Shown here one piece after another: positions 47,389 through 57,774 of a stretch of DNA of 64,000 nt; the stretch's first letter is position 1; every line of letters starts with the position of its first letter. The notes under the pieces were generated by a model, which was not told the DNA's origin, made no database searches, and saw nothing but the letters and a program-made list of their open reading frames with translations. The stretch comes from Rhodobium gokarnense (GTDB lineage: Bacteria; Pseudomonadota; Alphaproteobacteria; Rhizobiales; Rhodobiaceae). Both the position numbers and the translations under genes were made by a program. The stretch covers positions 22,587-86,586 of the forward strand of contig NZ_JAOQNS010000009.1 of NCBI RefSeq assembly GCF_025961475.1, read 5' to 3'.

Positions 47389-48783
47389 CTAGTATTTGTA
47401 GTGATCGGATTTGAACGGACCGGACTTGCCGACGCCGATATAGGAGGCCTGTTCGTCGGTCAGTTCGGTCAGCGTGACGCCGAGCTTCTTCAGGTGCAGC
47501 CGGGCGACCTTCTCGTCGAGATCCTTCGGCAGCACATAGACCTGGTTCTCGTATTTGCCGTCATTGTTCCACAGCTCCATCTGCGCCAGCACCTGGTTGG
47601 CGAAGGAGGCGCTCATGACGAAGCTCGGATGGCCGGTGGCGTTGCCGAGATTGACCAGCCGGCCCTCCGACAGGAGGATCATGCGCTTGCCGTCCGGGAA
47701 CTCGATCAGGTCGACCTGCGGCTTGATGTTGGTCCACTTGAAGTTCTTCAGGGAGGCGACCTGAATCTCGTTGTCGAAGTGGCCGATGTTGCAGACGATG
47801 GACATGTCCTTCATCGCCCGCATGTGGTCGATGGTGATGACGTCCTTGTTGCCGGTGGCGGTGACGAAGATGTCGGCCTGCGGCGCGGCATTCTCCAGGG
47901 TCTGCACGTCGAAGCCGTCCATCGAGGCCTGCAGGGCGCAGATCGGGTCGATCTCGGTGACGATGACCCGGGCGCCGGCGCCGCGCAGGCTCTGGGCCGA
48001 GCCCTTGCCGACGTCGCCATAGCCGCACACGACCGCGACCTTGCCGGCCATCATCACGTCGGTCGCCCGGCGGATGCCGTCGACGAGGCTCTCGCGGCAG
48101 CCATAGCGGTTGTCGAACTTCGACTTGGTGACGGAGTCGTTGACGTTGATGGCCGGGAACGGCAGCTCGCCGCGCTCCTGCATCTGGTAGAGCCGCATGA
48201 CGCCGGTGGTCGTCTCCTCCGAGACGCCCTTGAGGGAGTCGCGGATCCTGGAGAACCAGCCCGGGTTCTTTTCAAGCCGCCGCTTGATGGTGGCGAAAAG
48301 GGCCTCCTCTTCCTCGTTCGACGGGTTGGCGAGGACGGACGGATCGTTCTCGGCCTTGGCGCCGAGGATGACCATCAGGGTCGCGTCGCCGCCGTCGTCG
48401 AGGATCATGTTGGCGGTCTCGCCATTGCCGAAGTCGAAGATCTTGTCGGCGTAGTCCCAGTACTCCTCCAGCGTCTCGCCCTTGACGGCGAAGACGGGCA
48501 CGCCGGCTTCCGCGATCGCGGCGGCGGCATGGTCCTGGGTGGAGAAGATGTTGCACGAGGCCCAGCGCACGTCGGCGCCGAGCGCCTTCAGGGTCTCGAT
48601 CAGCACCGCGGTCTGGATCGTCATGTGCAGCGAGCCGGCGATGCGGGCGCCCTTCAGCGGCTGCGCCGCGCCGTATTCCTCGCGGCAGGCCATCAGGCCC
48701 GGCATCTCGGTCTCGGCGATGGTGATCTCGGTGCGGCCCCACGGGGCGAGCGAAATGTCCTTGACGGTGTAGTCGGCGGTCAT
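47389..48783 (-). CDS. ahcY: adenosylhomocysteinase
   Basis: Start at [17 protein letters not shown]; NAD-binding and AdoHcyase signature sequence throughout. Confidence 0.95.
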   Translation of the reverse strand: MTADYTVKDISLAPWGRTEITIAETEMPGLMACREEYGAAQPLKGARIAGSLHMTIQTAVLIETLKALGADVRWASCNIFSTQDHAAAAIAEAGVPVFAVKGETLEEYWDYADKIFDFGNGETANMILDDGGDATLMVILGAKAENDPSVLANPSNEEEEALFATIKRRLEKNPGWFSRIRDSLKGVSEETTTGVMRLYQMQERGELPFPAINVNDSVTKSKFDNRYGCRESLVDGIRRATDVMMAGKVAVVCGYGDVGKGSAQSLRGAGARVIVTEIDPICALQASMDGFDVQTLENAAPQADIFVTATGNKDVITIDHMRAMKDMSIVCNIGHFDNEIQVASLKNFKWTNIKPQVDLIEFPDGKRMILLSEGRLVNLGNATGHPSFVMSASFANQVLAQMELWNNDGKYENQVYVLPKDLDEKVARLHLKKLGVTLTELTDEQASYIGVGKSGPFKSDHYKY

Positions 48784-49084
48784 GAAGGGGATCTCCCGGT
48801 AATGGGTGTCGCTGGAGCCGGAGGTGCTCACGGTCCCGTCGGTCGGGCGCGGCGCCGGTGCTCCGTCATTGAGGCGAGCCGGATGCGGACGGCAGAAGCC
48901 GGCCGGCATCCCGTGCGCGGTCGAACCGGGTTATAGCCAAAACGCCCGCGGCATTCAATAAAGACATAAAGATTTCTTTATGCAGTAATGAATCATTCGT
49001 TTCCACAAGGGCTTGCGCCAGGAGAAGGGCCCGCGGAACGGCTCTTTGAAAGAAGGAAGCCGGGTCGGTCAGGCGAAATTGCCG

Positions 49085-49354
49085 CTATTCGGCCTCGTCG
49101 AACCGCCCTTCGACGAGCTGCACGAGCGCGTCCATGGCGGCCTCCGCATCGGCGCCTTCGGCGGTCACGGTGATGGTGGAGCCGGGGGCGGCCGCCAGCA
49201 TCATCAGGCCCATGATGGAGGTTCCGGGCACTGACTGGCCGTCGCGGCTGACGATGATGTCGGCATCGAAGGTTTCCGCGCATTTGACGAATTTGGCCGA
49301 GGCGCGGGCGTGCAGTCCCCGCTTGTTGACGATGGGAAGGCACCGCGAAATCAT
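49085..49354 (-). CDS. ptsH: HPr-family phosphocarrier protein (NPr-like)
   Basis: 89 aa; ...GLHARASAKFV... His-15 region and Ser-46 region (GTSIMGLM). Confidence 0.9.
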   Translation of the reverse strand: MISRCLPIVNKRGLHARASAKFVKCAETFDADIIVSRDGQSVPGTSIMGLMMLAAAPGSTITVTAEGADAEAAMDALVQLVEGRFDEAE

Positions 49355-49384
49355 TTCCGGCGGCGCTCCATGGACGTCACGCTC

Positions 49385-49789
49385 CTATTGCAGCCCGGCG
49401 AGCACCTGGCTCGCCACGCTGATATATTTGCGGCCGGACTCCCGGGCTTCGGTGATCGCGTCCGACAGCGACTTTTCGCCGCGCACCGAGACCAGCTTGA
49501 TCAGCATGGGAAGATTGACGCCGGCGATCACTTCGACCGACTGCTCCTCCATCACCGAGATGGCGAGGTTGGAGGGGGTGCCGCCGAACATGTCTGTCAG
49601 CACGATGACGCCGGAGCCGTCGTCCGCGCCCTTGACCGCGTCGATGATGTCCTGGCGCCGCTTTTCCATGTCGTCGTCCGGCCCGATCGAAATCGCCGCC
49701 ACCCGCTCCTGGGGTCCGACCACATGCTCAAGTGCAGCTTTGAATTCCTCGGCCAGCCGTCCGTGTGTGACGAGGACGAGTCCGATCAT
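49385..49789 (-). CDS. manX: PTS EIIA component, mannose/fructose family
   Basis: 134 aa; MIGLVLVTHGRLAEEF with active-site His, EIIA-Man fold. Confidence 0.88.
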   Translation of the reverse strand: MIGLVLVTHGRLAEEFKAALEHVVGPQERVAAISIGPDDDMEKRRQDIIDAVKGADDGSGVIVLTDMFGGTPSNLAISVMEEQSVEVIAGVNLPMLIKLVSVRGEKSLSDAITEARESGRKYISVASQVLAGLQ

Positions 49790-49956
49790 GGGTTCACTCG
49801 CTGTTTTTGGTCATTACGCGCCGGCGGCCCGATTGGATTGCCGGACCACTCGCGCTGTCGCGCCGTGAACTGACCATCTTGCGGTTTCGCTTTCGCAGCG
49901 CAACAGAAAAATGCGTGCCGCCGCAATTGTCTCCGGCGCTATGGCAGCGGTGCCAC

Positions 49957-50424
49957 TCACGCCGCCGGAATGTCCTGCGGATCGAGGCCGTCAAGGGCCG
50001 CGCGGACCAGCCTCGTCGCCTCCGCGCCGCCGTCGCGGACCGGCTGGCGCGGCAGGCGGACGCCGCAAAGGACCGTCGTGAGCTCCGCCGGTTCCGGCAT
50101 CCGCTCAAGCCCGTCCTTGCCGACGATGTCGACGACGAGCCGGATGACGCAGGCCGGCTCGTGGGCGATCTTCAGGATGCCGCGGCCGCGCAGTTCGATG
50201 AGGCCTGCAAGGGGCTTCGGCGCGCGCGCGATCAGACGGCCGTTGACGGCACTGACCTCCACCCGGTCGTCGGCGACGAGCGCTCCGAACAGGCCGTCGC
50301 CCGGCCGTTGCAGTAATGTCCAGGCGAGCAGCGACTTGCCGCTGCCCGACGCCCCGCGGATGAGGACACCGGATGGTCCGAGAAGGAGCGCCGTTGCGTG
50401 GGTCTGGAAGGGGGCTTCGGCCAT
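49957..50424 (-). CDS. hprK: HPr kinase/phosphorylase, short alphaproteobacterial form (C-terminal domain only)
   Basis: Walker A GASGSGKS and HprK C-domain motifs; lacks N-terminal domain as typical for alpha-proteobacterial HprK. Confidence 0.85.
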   Translation of the reverse strand: MAEAPFQTHATALLLGPSGVLIRGASGSGKSLLAWTLLQRPGDGLFGALVADDRVEVSAVNGRLIARAPKPLAGLIELRGRGILKIAHEPACVIRLVVDIVGKDGLERMPEPAELTTVLCGVRLPRQPVRDGGAEATRLVRAALDGLDPQDIPAA

Positions 50425-50450
50425 GGGGTCATCCCATCCGGAGGCGCGGT

Positions 50451-52247
50451 TCACGCCGGCAGCCGGACGACCATGCGCGCCCCGGCGATCCGGCTCTCGC
50501 CCGTCTCCCGGTCGGTGGTCGTGCGGTTGCGGGCGCGGATGGTGCCGCCATAGGCCTCCACGATCTGCTTGGAGATCGACAGCCCGAGGCCGGAATTGTT
50601 GCCGAAGGCATCGCCGTCCGGCCGATCGGTGTAGAAGCGCTCGAAGATGCGGTCGGTGTTCTCCGCCCGGATGCCGGGGCCGTCGTCTTCCACGGCGATC
50701 TCCACCATCTCCTCCTTGCGCGACAGGATCACCCGGACGGTGCCGCTCTTCGGCGAGAAGGACTTGGCGTTGTCGATCAGATTGTTGAGCACTTGCGCCA
50801 GGCGCCCGTCGTGGCCGGTGACGACGAAGGCGCCCTTCATCGCCGGCTTCGGCTCGTTGACGATGAGGGCGACGACCGGTTCGCCCTCGTGGCGCACCTG
50901 GCCGGCCATGTGGACGACGGCGTGGGCGAGTTCGGCCATGTCGAAGGGTTCCGCGTCGACGCGCGAGAGTTCGGCATCGAGCCGCGAGGCATCGGCAATG
51001 TCGCTGATCAGGCGGTCGAGTCGGCGCACATCGTGCTCGATCACCTGCAAGAGCCGCTCGCGCGCCTCCGGCTTCTTGGCGAGCGGCAGCGTCTCCACGG
51101 CGCTGCGCAAGGAGGTCAGCGGGTTCTTCAGTTCGTGGGCGACGTCGGCGGCGAACTGCTCGATGGCGTCGATCCGGTTGTAGAGCGCGTTGGTCATGTT
51201 CCGAAGCGCCTGGGAGAGATTGCCGATCTCGTCCTGGCGGTCGGAAAAGTCCGGGATCTGCTGGCGCGCCGAGACGCCGCGGCGCACGCGCTTGGCCGCC
51301 GCCGCAAGCCGGCGCAGCGGCGCCGCAATGGTGCTGGCAAGCAGGACCGAGAGTACCAGCATGACGATGGAGGCGACGAGGAACACCCGGAAGATCGCCA
51401 TCCGCTCGGCGCTGACGATGGCGTCGATGTCGCCGCCCTGGGTCGACAGGAGGAGCGAGCCGAGGACGGCCCGGAAGCGCTGGATCGGCACGGCGACGGA
51501 GACGATCATCTCGCCCTTGTCGTTGACCCGGACGATGCTCGCCGGCGAGCCGGAAAGGGCGGTGTCGACCTCCGGATAGGCGCGCCCGTCGGCGCCGGTC
51601 AGCTCCTGGTAGGCCGGCAGCTCGCGCGAGCGGATCCAGAACAGGAACGACTGCCAGAGTTCGCCGAGCCAGCCGATCTCGCCGTCGCGTGCCGGCGGCA
51701 GGTCGAAGCGCAGCACCTGGCCGCGCGAATAAAGGTGCCGGCTGTCGAGGATGAGGATGCCGTCGCGGTCATAGATGCGCGCCCGCGTCTTGGTCGGCGT
51801 GATCAGCCGGCGCAGGATCGGCGCGATCTTTTCCGGATTGATCGGGAAATCGAGGGCCTGCAGCGTGTCCTCGGCCGGCGCGATGGTCTCGCCGACCTGC
51901 AGCTCCAGGAGCCGCTCCGGGTCGACCGTCATGGTGTCGCTGTCGGCGGTCGAAGAGGTGGCGATGGCGCCGGCGATGATCTCGCCCTGGGTGAGCAGGC
52001 TCTCCACCCGCGCATCGATCAGCCCGGCGCGGAACTGGTTGAGGTAGAGGATGCCGGAGACCAGCGCCAAAAGGCCGAACAGGTTCAGGATGACGATGCG
52101 CCGGGTCAGGTTGGAAAAGACGTGGATGCCGAGGCCGCGGGCGATGCGCGCGGACAGGTGGCGCCACAGCCGGAGCCGACGCTTCAGCCCGCGCTTGTCG
52201 TGGGGCGCCTCCGGCACCGTCGCGCCGGTTTCGGCATCGATCGCCAT
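50451..52247 (-). CDS. chvG: sensor histidine kinase ChvG/ExoS/BvrS
   Basis: 598 aa; two TM segments with periplasmic loop, HAMP, H-box HELKNPLTSL, HATPase_c; directly downstream of chvI. Confidence 0.9.
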   Translation of the reverse strand: MAIDAETGATVPEAPHDKRGLKRRLRLWRHLSARIARGLGIHVFSNLTRRIVILNLFGLLALVSGILYLNQFRAGLIDARVESLLTQGEIIAGAIATSSTADSDTMTVDPERLLELQVGETIAPAEDTLQALDFPINPEKIAPILRRLITPTKTRARIYDRDGILILDSRHLYSRGQVLRFDLPPARDGEIGWLGELWQSFLFWIRSRELPAYQELTGADGRAYPEVDTALSGSPASIVRVNDKGEMIVSVAVPIQRFRAVLGSLLLSTQGGDIDAIVSAERMAIFRVFLVASIVMLVLSVLLASTIAAPLRRLAAAAKRVRRGVSARQQIPDFSDRQDEIGNLSQALRNMTNALYNRIDAIEQFAADVAHELKNPLTSLRSAVETLPLAKKPEARERLLQVIEHDVRRLDRLISDIADASRLDAELSRVDAEPFDMAELAHAVVHMAGQVRHEGEPVVALIVNEPKPAMKGAFVVTGHDGRLAQVLNNLIDNAKSFSPKSGTVRVILSRKEEMVEIAVEDDGPGIRAENTDRIFERFYTDRPDGDAFGNNSGLGLSISKQIVEAYGGTIRARNRTTTDRETGESRIAGARMVVRLPA

Positions 52248-52256
52248 CTGAGAGGG

Positions 52257-52955
52257 CTATACCTCCTTGAAGCGGTAGCCGACGCCATAGAGCGTCTCGA
52301 TCATGTCGAAGCTGGTGTCGACCACCTTGAACTTCTTGCGCAGCCGCTTGATGTGGCTGTCGATGGTGCGATCGTCCACATAGACCTGGTCGTCATAGGC
52401 CGCGTCCATCAGCGCGTTGCGGCTCTTGACGACGCCCGGTCGCTGGGCGAGCGCGAAGAGGATCAGGAATTCCGTCACCGTCAGCGTCACCGGCCTTCCC
52501 TGCCAGGTGCAGGTATGGCGTTCCTGGTCCATGACCAGCTGGCCGCGCTCGATGGTGCCGGCATCCGGCGTCTTCTGCGGGCTGGCGTCGCGCGGCTGCG
52601 CCCGGCGCAGCACAGCGCGCACGCGCTCCACCAGCAGGCGCTGGGAGAACGGTTTGCGGATGAAGTCGTCGGCGCCCATCTTCAGGCCGAACAGCTCGTC
52701 GATCTCCTCGTCCTTGGAGGTGAGGAAGATCACCGGCAGGTCGGTGAGCTGGCGCAGCCGGCGCAGAAGCTCCATGCCGTCCATGCGCGGCATCTTGATG
52801 TCGAGCACGGCAAGGTCCGGCGGGCTCGACTTCAGGCCGTCGAGCGCGGAGGCGCCGTCGGTATAGGTCTCGACCCGGTAGCCTTCCGATTCCAGGGCGA
52901 TCGACACCGAGGTCAGGATGTTCCGGTCGTCGTCTACGAGCGCGATGGTGGTCAT
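52257..52955 (-). CDS. chvI: OmpR-family response regulator ChvI/BvrR
   Basis: Start [10 protein letters not shown]; receiver Asp (LAVLDIKMP) plus winged-helix DNA-binding C-terminus (GVGYRFKEV). Confidence 0.92.
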   Translation of the reverse strand: MTTIALVDDDRNILTSVSIALESEGYRVETYTDGASALDGLKSSPPDLAVLDIKMPRMDGMELLRRLRQLTDLPVIFLTSKDEEIDELFGLKMGADDFIRKPFSQRLLVERVRAVLRRAQPRDASPQKTPDAGTIERGQLVMDQERHTCTWQGRPVTLTVTEFLILFALAQRPGVVKSRNALMDAAYDDQVYVDDRTIDSHIKRLRKKFKVVDTSFDMIETLYGVGYRFKEV

Positions 52956-53200
52956 GGTCGCGAACGGGCTCCAAATGCTGATGCGGCTTGACTTTCTCCG
53001 CCGGGCCGTCGAATCAGCGCAAAACGGCGCGAAAATGTGGCAAAGGACCATAACGGGTGGCGATCCGTCGCACAAATGGCGGATCTTCGGGGCTCAAGGG
53101 TCGCAAAACGCTCTTTCGCGGCCGCCCCGGCCTGCCCGGACGGCAGGAAAAATGGCCCTGTCGCCCGATATTTAGGTGGCGCGACGAAAAGGAGAAGGGG

Positions 53201-53689
53201 ATGGCCAGGGACAATCCGGCCGGCAAGGACGAGGACTTCGACGCCCTCAGGGTCTCGCGCGGCCTTGTCGCCGGCGCCTCAACCGCGACCCTTGCCACCC
53301 TTTCCGCCGGCGACGGGGCGCCCTTCGCCTCGCTGGTGACGGTCGCGCCCGCAACCGGAAGCGGGCCGGTGCTCCTTCTGTCGACGCTCGCACGGCATAC
53401 GCGAAACATTGCCGCAGACCCCCGCGCCTCGCTGCTCTTTGCCGGCGGTGACAAAAACGCCGAGGGGCTGGACGATCCGCTGATGGCGGCCCGCATCACG
53501 GTCGTCGGCGAGATCGTTGCCGATCCGGCCCCGGACTTGCGCGAGGCCTTCCTGGCGCGCCACCCGGAAGCGGCGCCCTATGCCGGTTTCTCCGATTTCG
53601 CGATCTACCGCCTGGTGCCGAAAAGCGCCCATCTGGTCGCCGGTTTCGGCCGCATCGTCGATGTCGATCCCGGTGAGCTGTTCGACTGA
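53201..53689 (+). CDS. pyridoxamine 5'-phosphate oxidase-like FMN-binding family protein
   Basis: 162 aa, strong RBS AAAGGAGAAGGGG; split-barrel PNPOx-like sequence (ASLVTVAP...LSTLARHTRN). Confidence 0.65.
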   Translation: MARDNPAGKDEDFDALRVSRGLVAGASTATLATLSAGDGAPFASLVTVAPATGSGPVLLLSTLARHTRNIAADPRASLLFAGGDKNAEGLDDPLMAARITVVGEIVADPAPDLREAFLARHPEAAPYAGFSDFAIYRLVPKSAHLVAGFGRIVDVDPGELFD

Positions 53690-53957
53690 GAGCAATTGCC
53701 TGAAATACAGGCAAATTACGCAATGCTGCGTAGCTCTACGGTTGAAATCCGCCCTTTTACGGACCTCACCTGCGGTTTCATGCTATCTACACATAAAGTA
53801 CTAAGCTTGCGATAATGCAACGTCTTGAATGGCGGATAGCGCTCCCATATGGTCGGACCGATCGCGAGGGAGACAGGGAAGATTTGACGCCACGGCATGA
53901 GAGCATCCGTCGCGAGAACGCCTGTGGCAAAAAACGAGAAAATCGGGAGATATTGCG

Positions 53958-55571
<1,614 letters not shown>

Positions 55572-55612
55572 TCCGGGCGCAAGGCCCGGCGACTAGCCGG
55601 AAACATCAAGAA

Positions 55613-55640
55613 GCGCGGTCCGACGGGCCGCGCTTTTTCG
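55613..55640 (+). terminator. Rho-independent terminator after pckA
   Basis: gcgcggtcc-gac-gggccgcgc hairpin followed by T5. Confidence 0.65.
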
Positions 55641-55882
55641 TTGGCCGCGCTTGCGCGCCCGGCACACCATTTGCCATTGCGGAAAAATACTTAACCGTCA
55701 TATTCATGGCCAATTGGCAGTTTTAAGTTGCCCCGCTAGACTTCGGCCGCCGCGCGCAAGGATCCCATCGGCGCGCGGGACTGTTGAAAGTCGATAACTT
55801 GAATGGCGCGTGTCAGTCAGGGGCTGATGACGACATCGCCACACCGGAATCTCCAAGCTGTTCCCGGAGGGAAACAACGAAC

Positions 55883-56359
55883 ATGATCTGGAAAGCGAAA
55901 AAACCCCTGATCGCAGCGATGGCCATCGCCGCAGCCATGTCCCTGTCGAGCGAGGCGTTCGCCCAGCACGCCCGCTGTGACGCCCGTGCCCGCGCGGCGG
56001 CAAACGACCGCGTCCCGACCGGCGGCAACGTCATCGGCGGCGCCGCGGCCGGTGCTGTCGGCGGTGCCATCATCGGCGGTATCATCGGCGGCGGCCGAGG
56101 CGCGGCCCGCGGGGCCGCCATCGGCGGCGGTGCCGGTGCGGTCGGCGGTGCCGGGCGCTCCTCGATCCAGTGGGACCGCGTCTATCGCCGTGTCTACAAT
56201 CGCTGCATGAACCGCGCGGCGGATGTCGGCTACCGTGGCAGCGGCCCGAAGCCGTGGTCCCCGGCCTGGTACGACTACTGCTCGTCCAAGTACCGGACCT
56301 TCAATCCCGATACCGGCTACTATTTCTACGCCCCGGGCAGGCAGCGCTTCTGCCGCTGA
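55883..56359 (+). CDS. BA14K family protein (with glycine-zipper region)
   Basis: Signal peptide, Gly-zipper GGAAAGAVGGAIIGGIIGGG, C-terminal WYDYCSSKYRTFNPDTGYYFYAPGRQRFC characteristic of Brucella BA14K-type proteins. Confidence 0.85.
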   Translation: MIWKAKKPLIAAMAIAAAMSLSSEAFAQHARCDARARAAANDRVPTGGNVIGGAAAGAVGGAIIGGIIGGGRGAARGAAIGGGAGAVGGAGRSSIQWDRVYRRVYNRCMNRAADVGYRGSGPKPWSPAWYDYCSSKYRTFNPDTGYYFYAPGRQRFCR

Positions 56360-56403
56360 CCCAGGCAAGGGGGCCTGAGGGCCCCGCACGATGGGTGTTG
56401 GAG

Positions 56404-56433
56404 AACGCGGGCCTCGGCGCCCGCGTTTTTTTG
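56404..56433 (+). terminator. Rho-independent terminator after BA14K gene
   Basis: aacgcgggc-ctcggc-gcccgcgtt hairpin plus T7. Confidence 0.75.
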
Positions 56434-56560
56434 TTGGCGTTTTTGCAATGCCGGCAAGTGTTGCCCGCTATGGGGTTGCGCTTCTTGCGCTCCCGTTTTT
56501 CCTTCACTCAGCGTCGCGACAGGAGACGATCATGTGATCCATGAGATTGATTACGAAATC

Positions 56561-56974
56561 TCAGCTTATTATTCCACTTCCGCGCATACCGTCTTTCGCG
56601 GCGGAAATGAAATTTTCTTCATCATCTTTCTTGAAACCACGGAACGCCGCGATGAACAACGCAATCAAAATAGCCGTTATTGAAATAATAGGGGAGACGA
56701 CTAGTGCAATCGCATATGTTGCGGGAACAGTCAAAATTGTTCCCCAAATTACATTGTGTGACATGTGAAATAAGGCAAATGACATCATGAATATTATTGC
56801 GAGAGCAACAATAACGGCAAGCCAACGTAGATAATAGCGTTGGTCGGCTTCTCGATTTAAATTCTCTTTTGCCTTTGCGCTGGCCTCTAGGAGCCGAAAT
56901 TCAATGTTAGTCTGTCTTTGAGGTTGCGCTTTTTCTGCTTCAGGCTGCGCATCAATTGGCGGTACATCAATCAT
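56561..56974 (-). CDS. hypothetical membrane protein (2-3 predicted TM helices), candidate toxin partner of Panacea-domain protein
   Basis: 137 aa from MIDVPPIDAQ (ATG overlaps upstream stop as ATGA); hydrophilic N-terminal 50 aa then LRWLAVIVALAIIFMMSFALF and IWGTILTVPATYAIALVVSPIISITAILIALFIAAF hydrophobic segments; no family recognised. Confidence 0.55.
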   Translation of the reverse strand: MIDVPPIDAQPEAEKAQPQRQTNIEFRLLEASAKAKENLNREADQRYYLRWLAVIVALAIIFMMSFALFHMSHNVIWGTILTVPATYAIALVVSPIISITAILIALFIAAFRGFKKDDEENFISAAKDGMRGSGIIS

Positions 56975-57435
56975 TTCTGGGCATTCGCCTGCCGACGCTT
57001 GACTATGTAGTGGGATTGAATCAATTCGTTGGGGATCGGTGCATACCACCCGCCGAGACGGGTCGCAGTTTCCCACGGGCCACCTGGTTCATGGGTAATT
57101 TCGGATAGCCTAAAGGGCGTCATTGTGCCATAAATGTTATAGATCTGTTCTAAAAGGTTCTCCGTCGTTGGATCGTCAATAGTATCGGGATAATTAGAAT
57201 CTGGTTTAAAAGGTGTGACACCTTGTGGCCGAAAAGAATTGTAAACGTCCGGAATTACAGGGCCGTATTGCCATGCTTCAATGCGGTTTGGAAATAACGG
57301 GGCATTGTTGATTTCTAGGTTCCAGCCATGTGCGATATAGGTGAGCTTTAGCAGCGCCATTATGGATGGACATTGCCCATCACGCTTGGCGCGGCTCAAG
57401 AACCAATTGGCAATCTGCCGTGCATCGTATTGCAT
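56971..57435 (-). CDS. Panacea (DUF4065) domain protein, candidate PanA-type antitoxin
   Basis: IANWFLSRAKRDG...SIMALLKLTYIAHGWNLEINNAPLFPNRIEAWQYGPVIPDVYNSF matches the KLqKLlY...AW.yGPV.p.vY core of DUF4065/Panacea (SocA/GepA-like); ATG 57435 with GGGGTGA 6 nt upstream (alternative GTG 57444). Confidence 0.7.
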   Translation of the reverse strand: MQYDARQIANWFLSRAKRDGQCPSIMALLKLTYIAHGWNLEINNAPLFPNRIEAWQYGPVIPDVYNSFRPQGVTPFKPDSNYPDTIDDPTTENLLEQIYNIYGTMTPFRLSEITHEPGGPWETATRLGGWYAPIPNELIQSHYIVKRRQANAQK

Positions 57436-57459
57436 CTTATTCACCCCGCTAGCTCACTT

Positions 57460-57487
57460 AATATAATCAATTTCGTTGAGATTTCAA
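57460..57487 (-). promoter_or_regulatory. sigma70-like promoter of islet operon (TTGAAA-N16-TATATT) with upstream palindrome GATTCGAATC
   Basis: On minus strand: TTGAAA (57482-57487) - 16 nt - TATATT (57460-57465), about 25 nt upstream of ATG; perfect 10-bp palindrome at 57505-57514 just upstream of -35. Confidence 0.55.
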
Positions 57488-57774
57488 TGACTTGCTATCT
57501 AATTGATTCGAATCGTTTTTTTGCTGCGCCGCAAGTGATCCCGTCAGTTTTTCCGACCAGCGCTGCATTTGCGTTTTTTGAGCCGGGCAAATACCGCATG
57601 TGCCGTTTGCAGTGGTTCCGCTTTTCCTCAGAAGTGGACTATCGCTAGGTTGTAGTACGTAAGCGGCAGCGAAAAAGAATGAATTCAAAAGCCCTCCGGG
57701 TTGCCGAGGCAAGCCGGTCTCGATGCGGTGGGGCAGACGAAAGAGTCGTTCGCGCCCCGCACCGGCGAGGATGC

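Larger units (their letters stand above)
56512..57617. mobile_element. AT-rich horizontally acquired islet carrying a two-gene Panacea-domain operon
   Basis: Abrupt drop from about 65% GC to about 40% GC; AT-rich codon usage in both ORFs; interrupts conserved housekeeping synteny; imperfect direct repeats ccgtttttcct(tca)ctcag (56493-56511) and ccgcttttcctcag (57618-57631) at the edges; no integrase/transposase. Confidence 0.6.

Noticed and set aside
50373-52991. 872-aa plus-strand ORF opposite chvG/chvI
   Set aside because: Antisense artefact of a high-GC region. chvG/chvI are unambiguous.
56512-57617. Prophage or integrative element
   Set aside because: Only about 1.1 kb with two small genes. 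No integrase, excisionase or structural genes. The islet is not adjacent to the tRNA. Treated as a small accessory islet instead.
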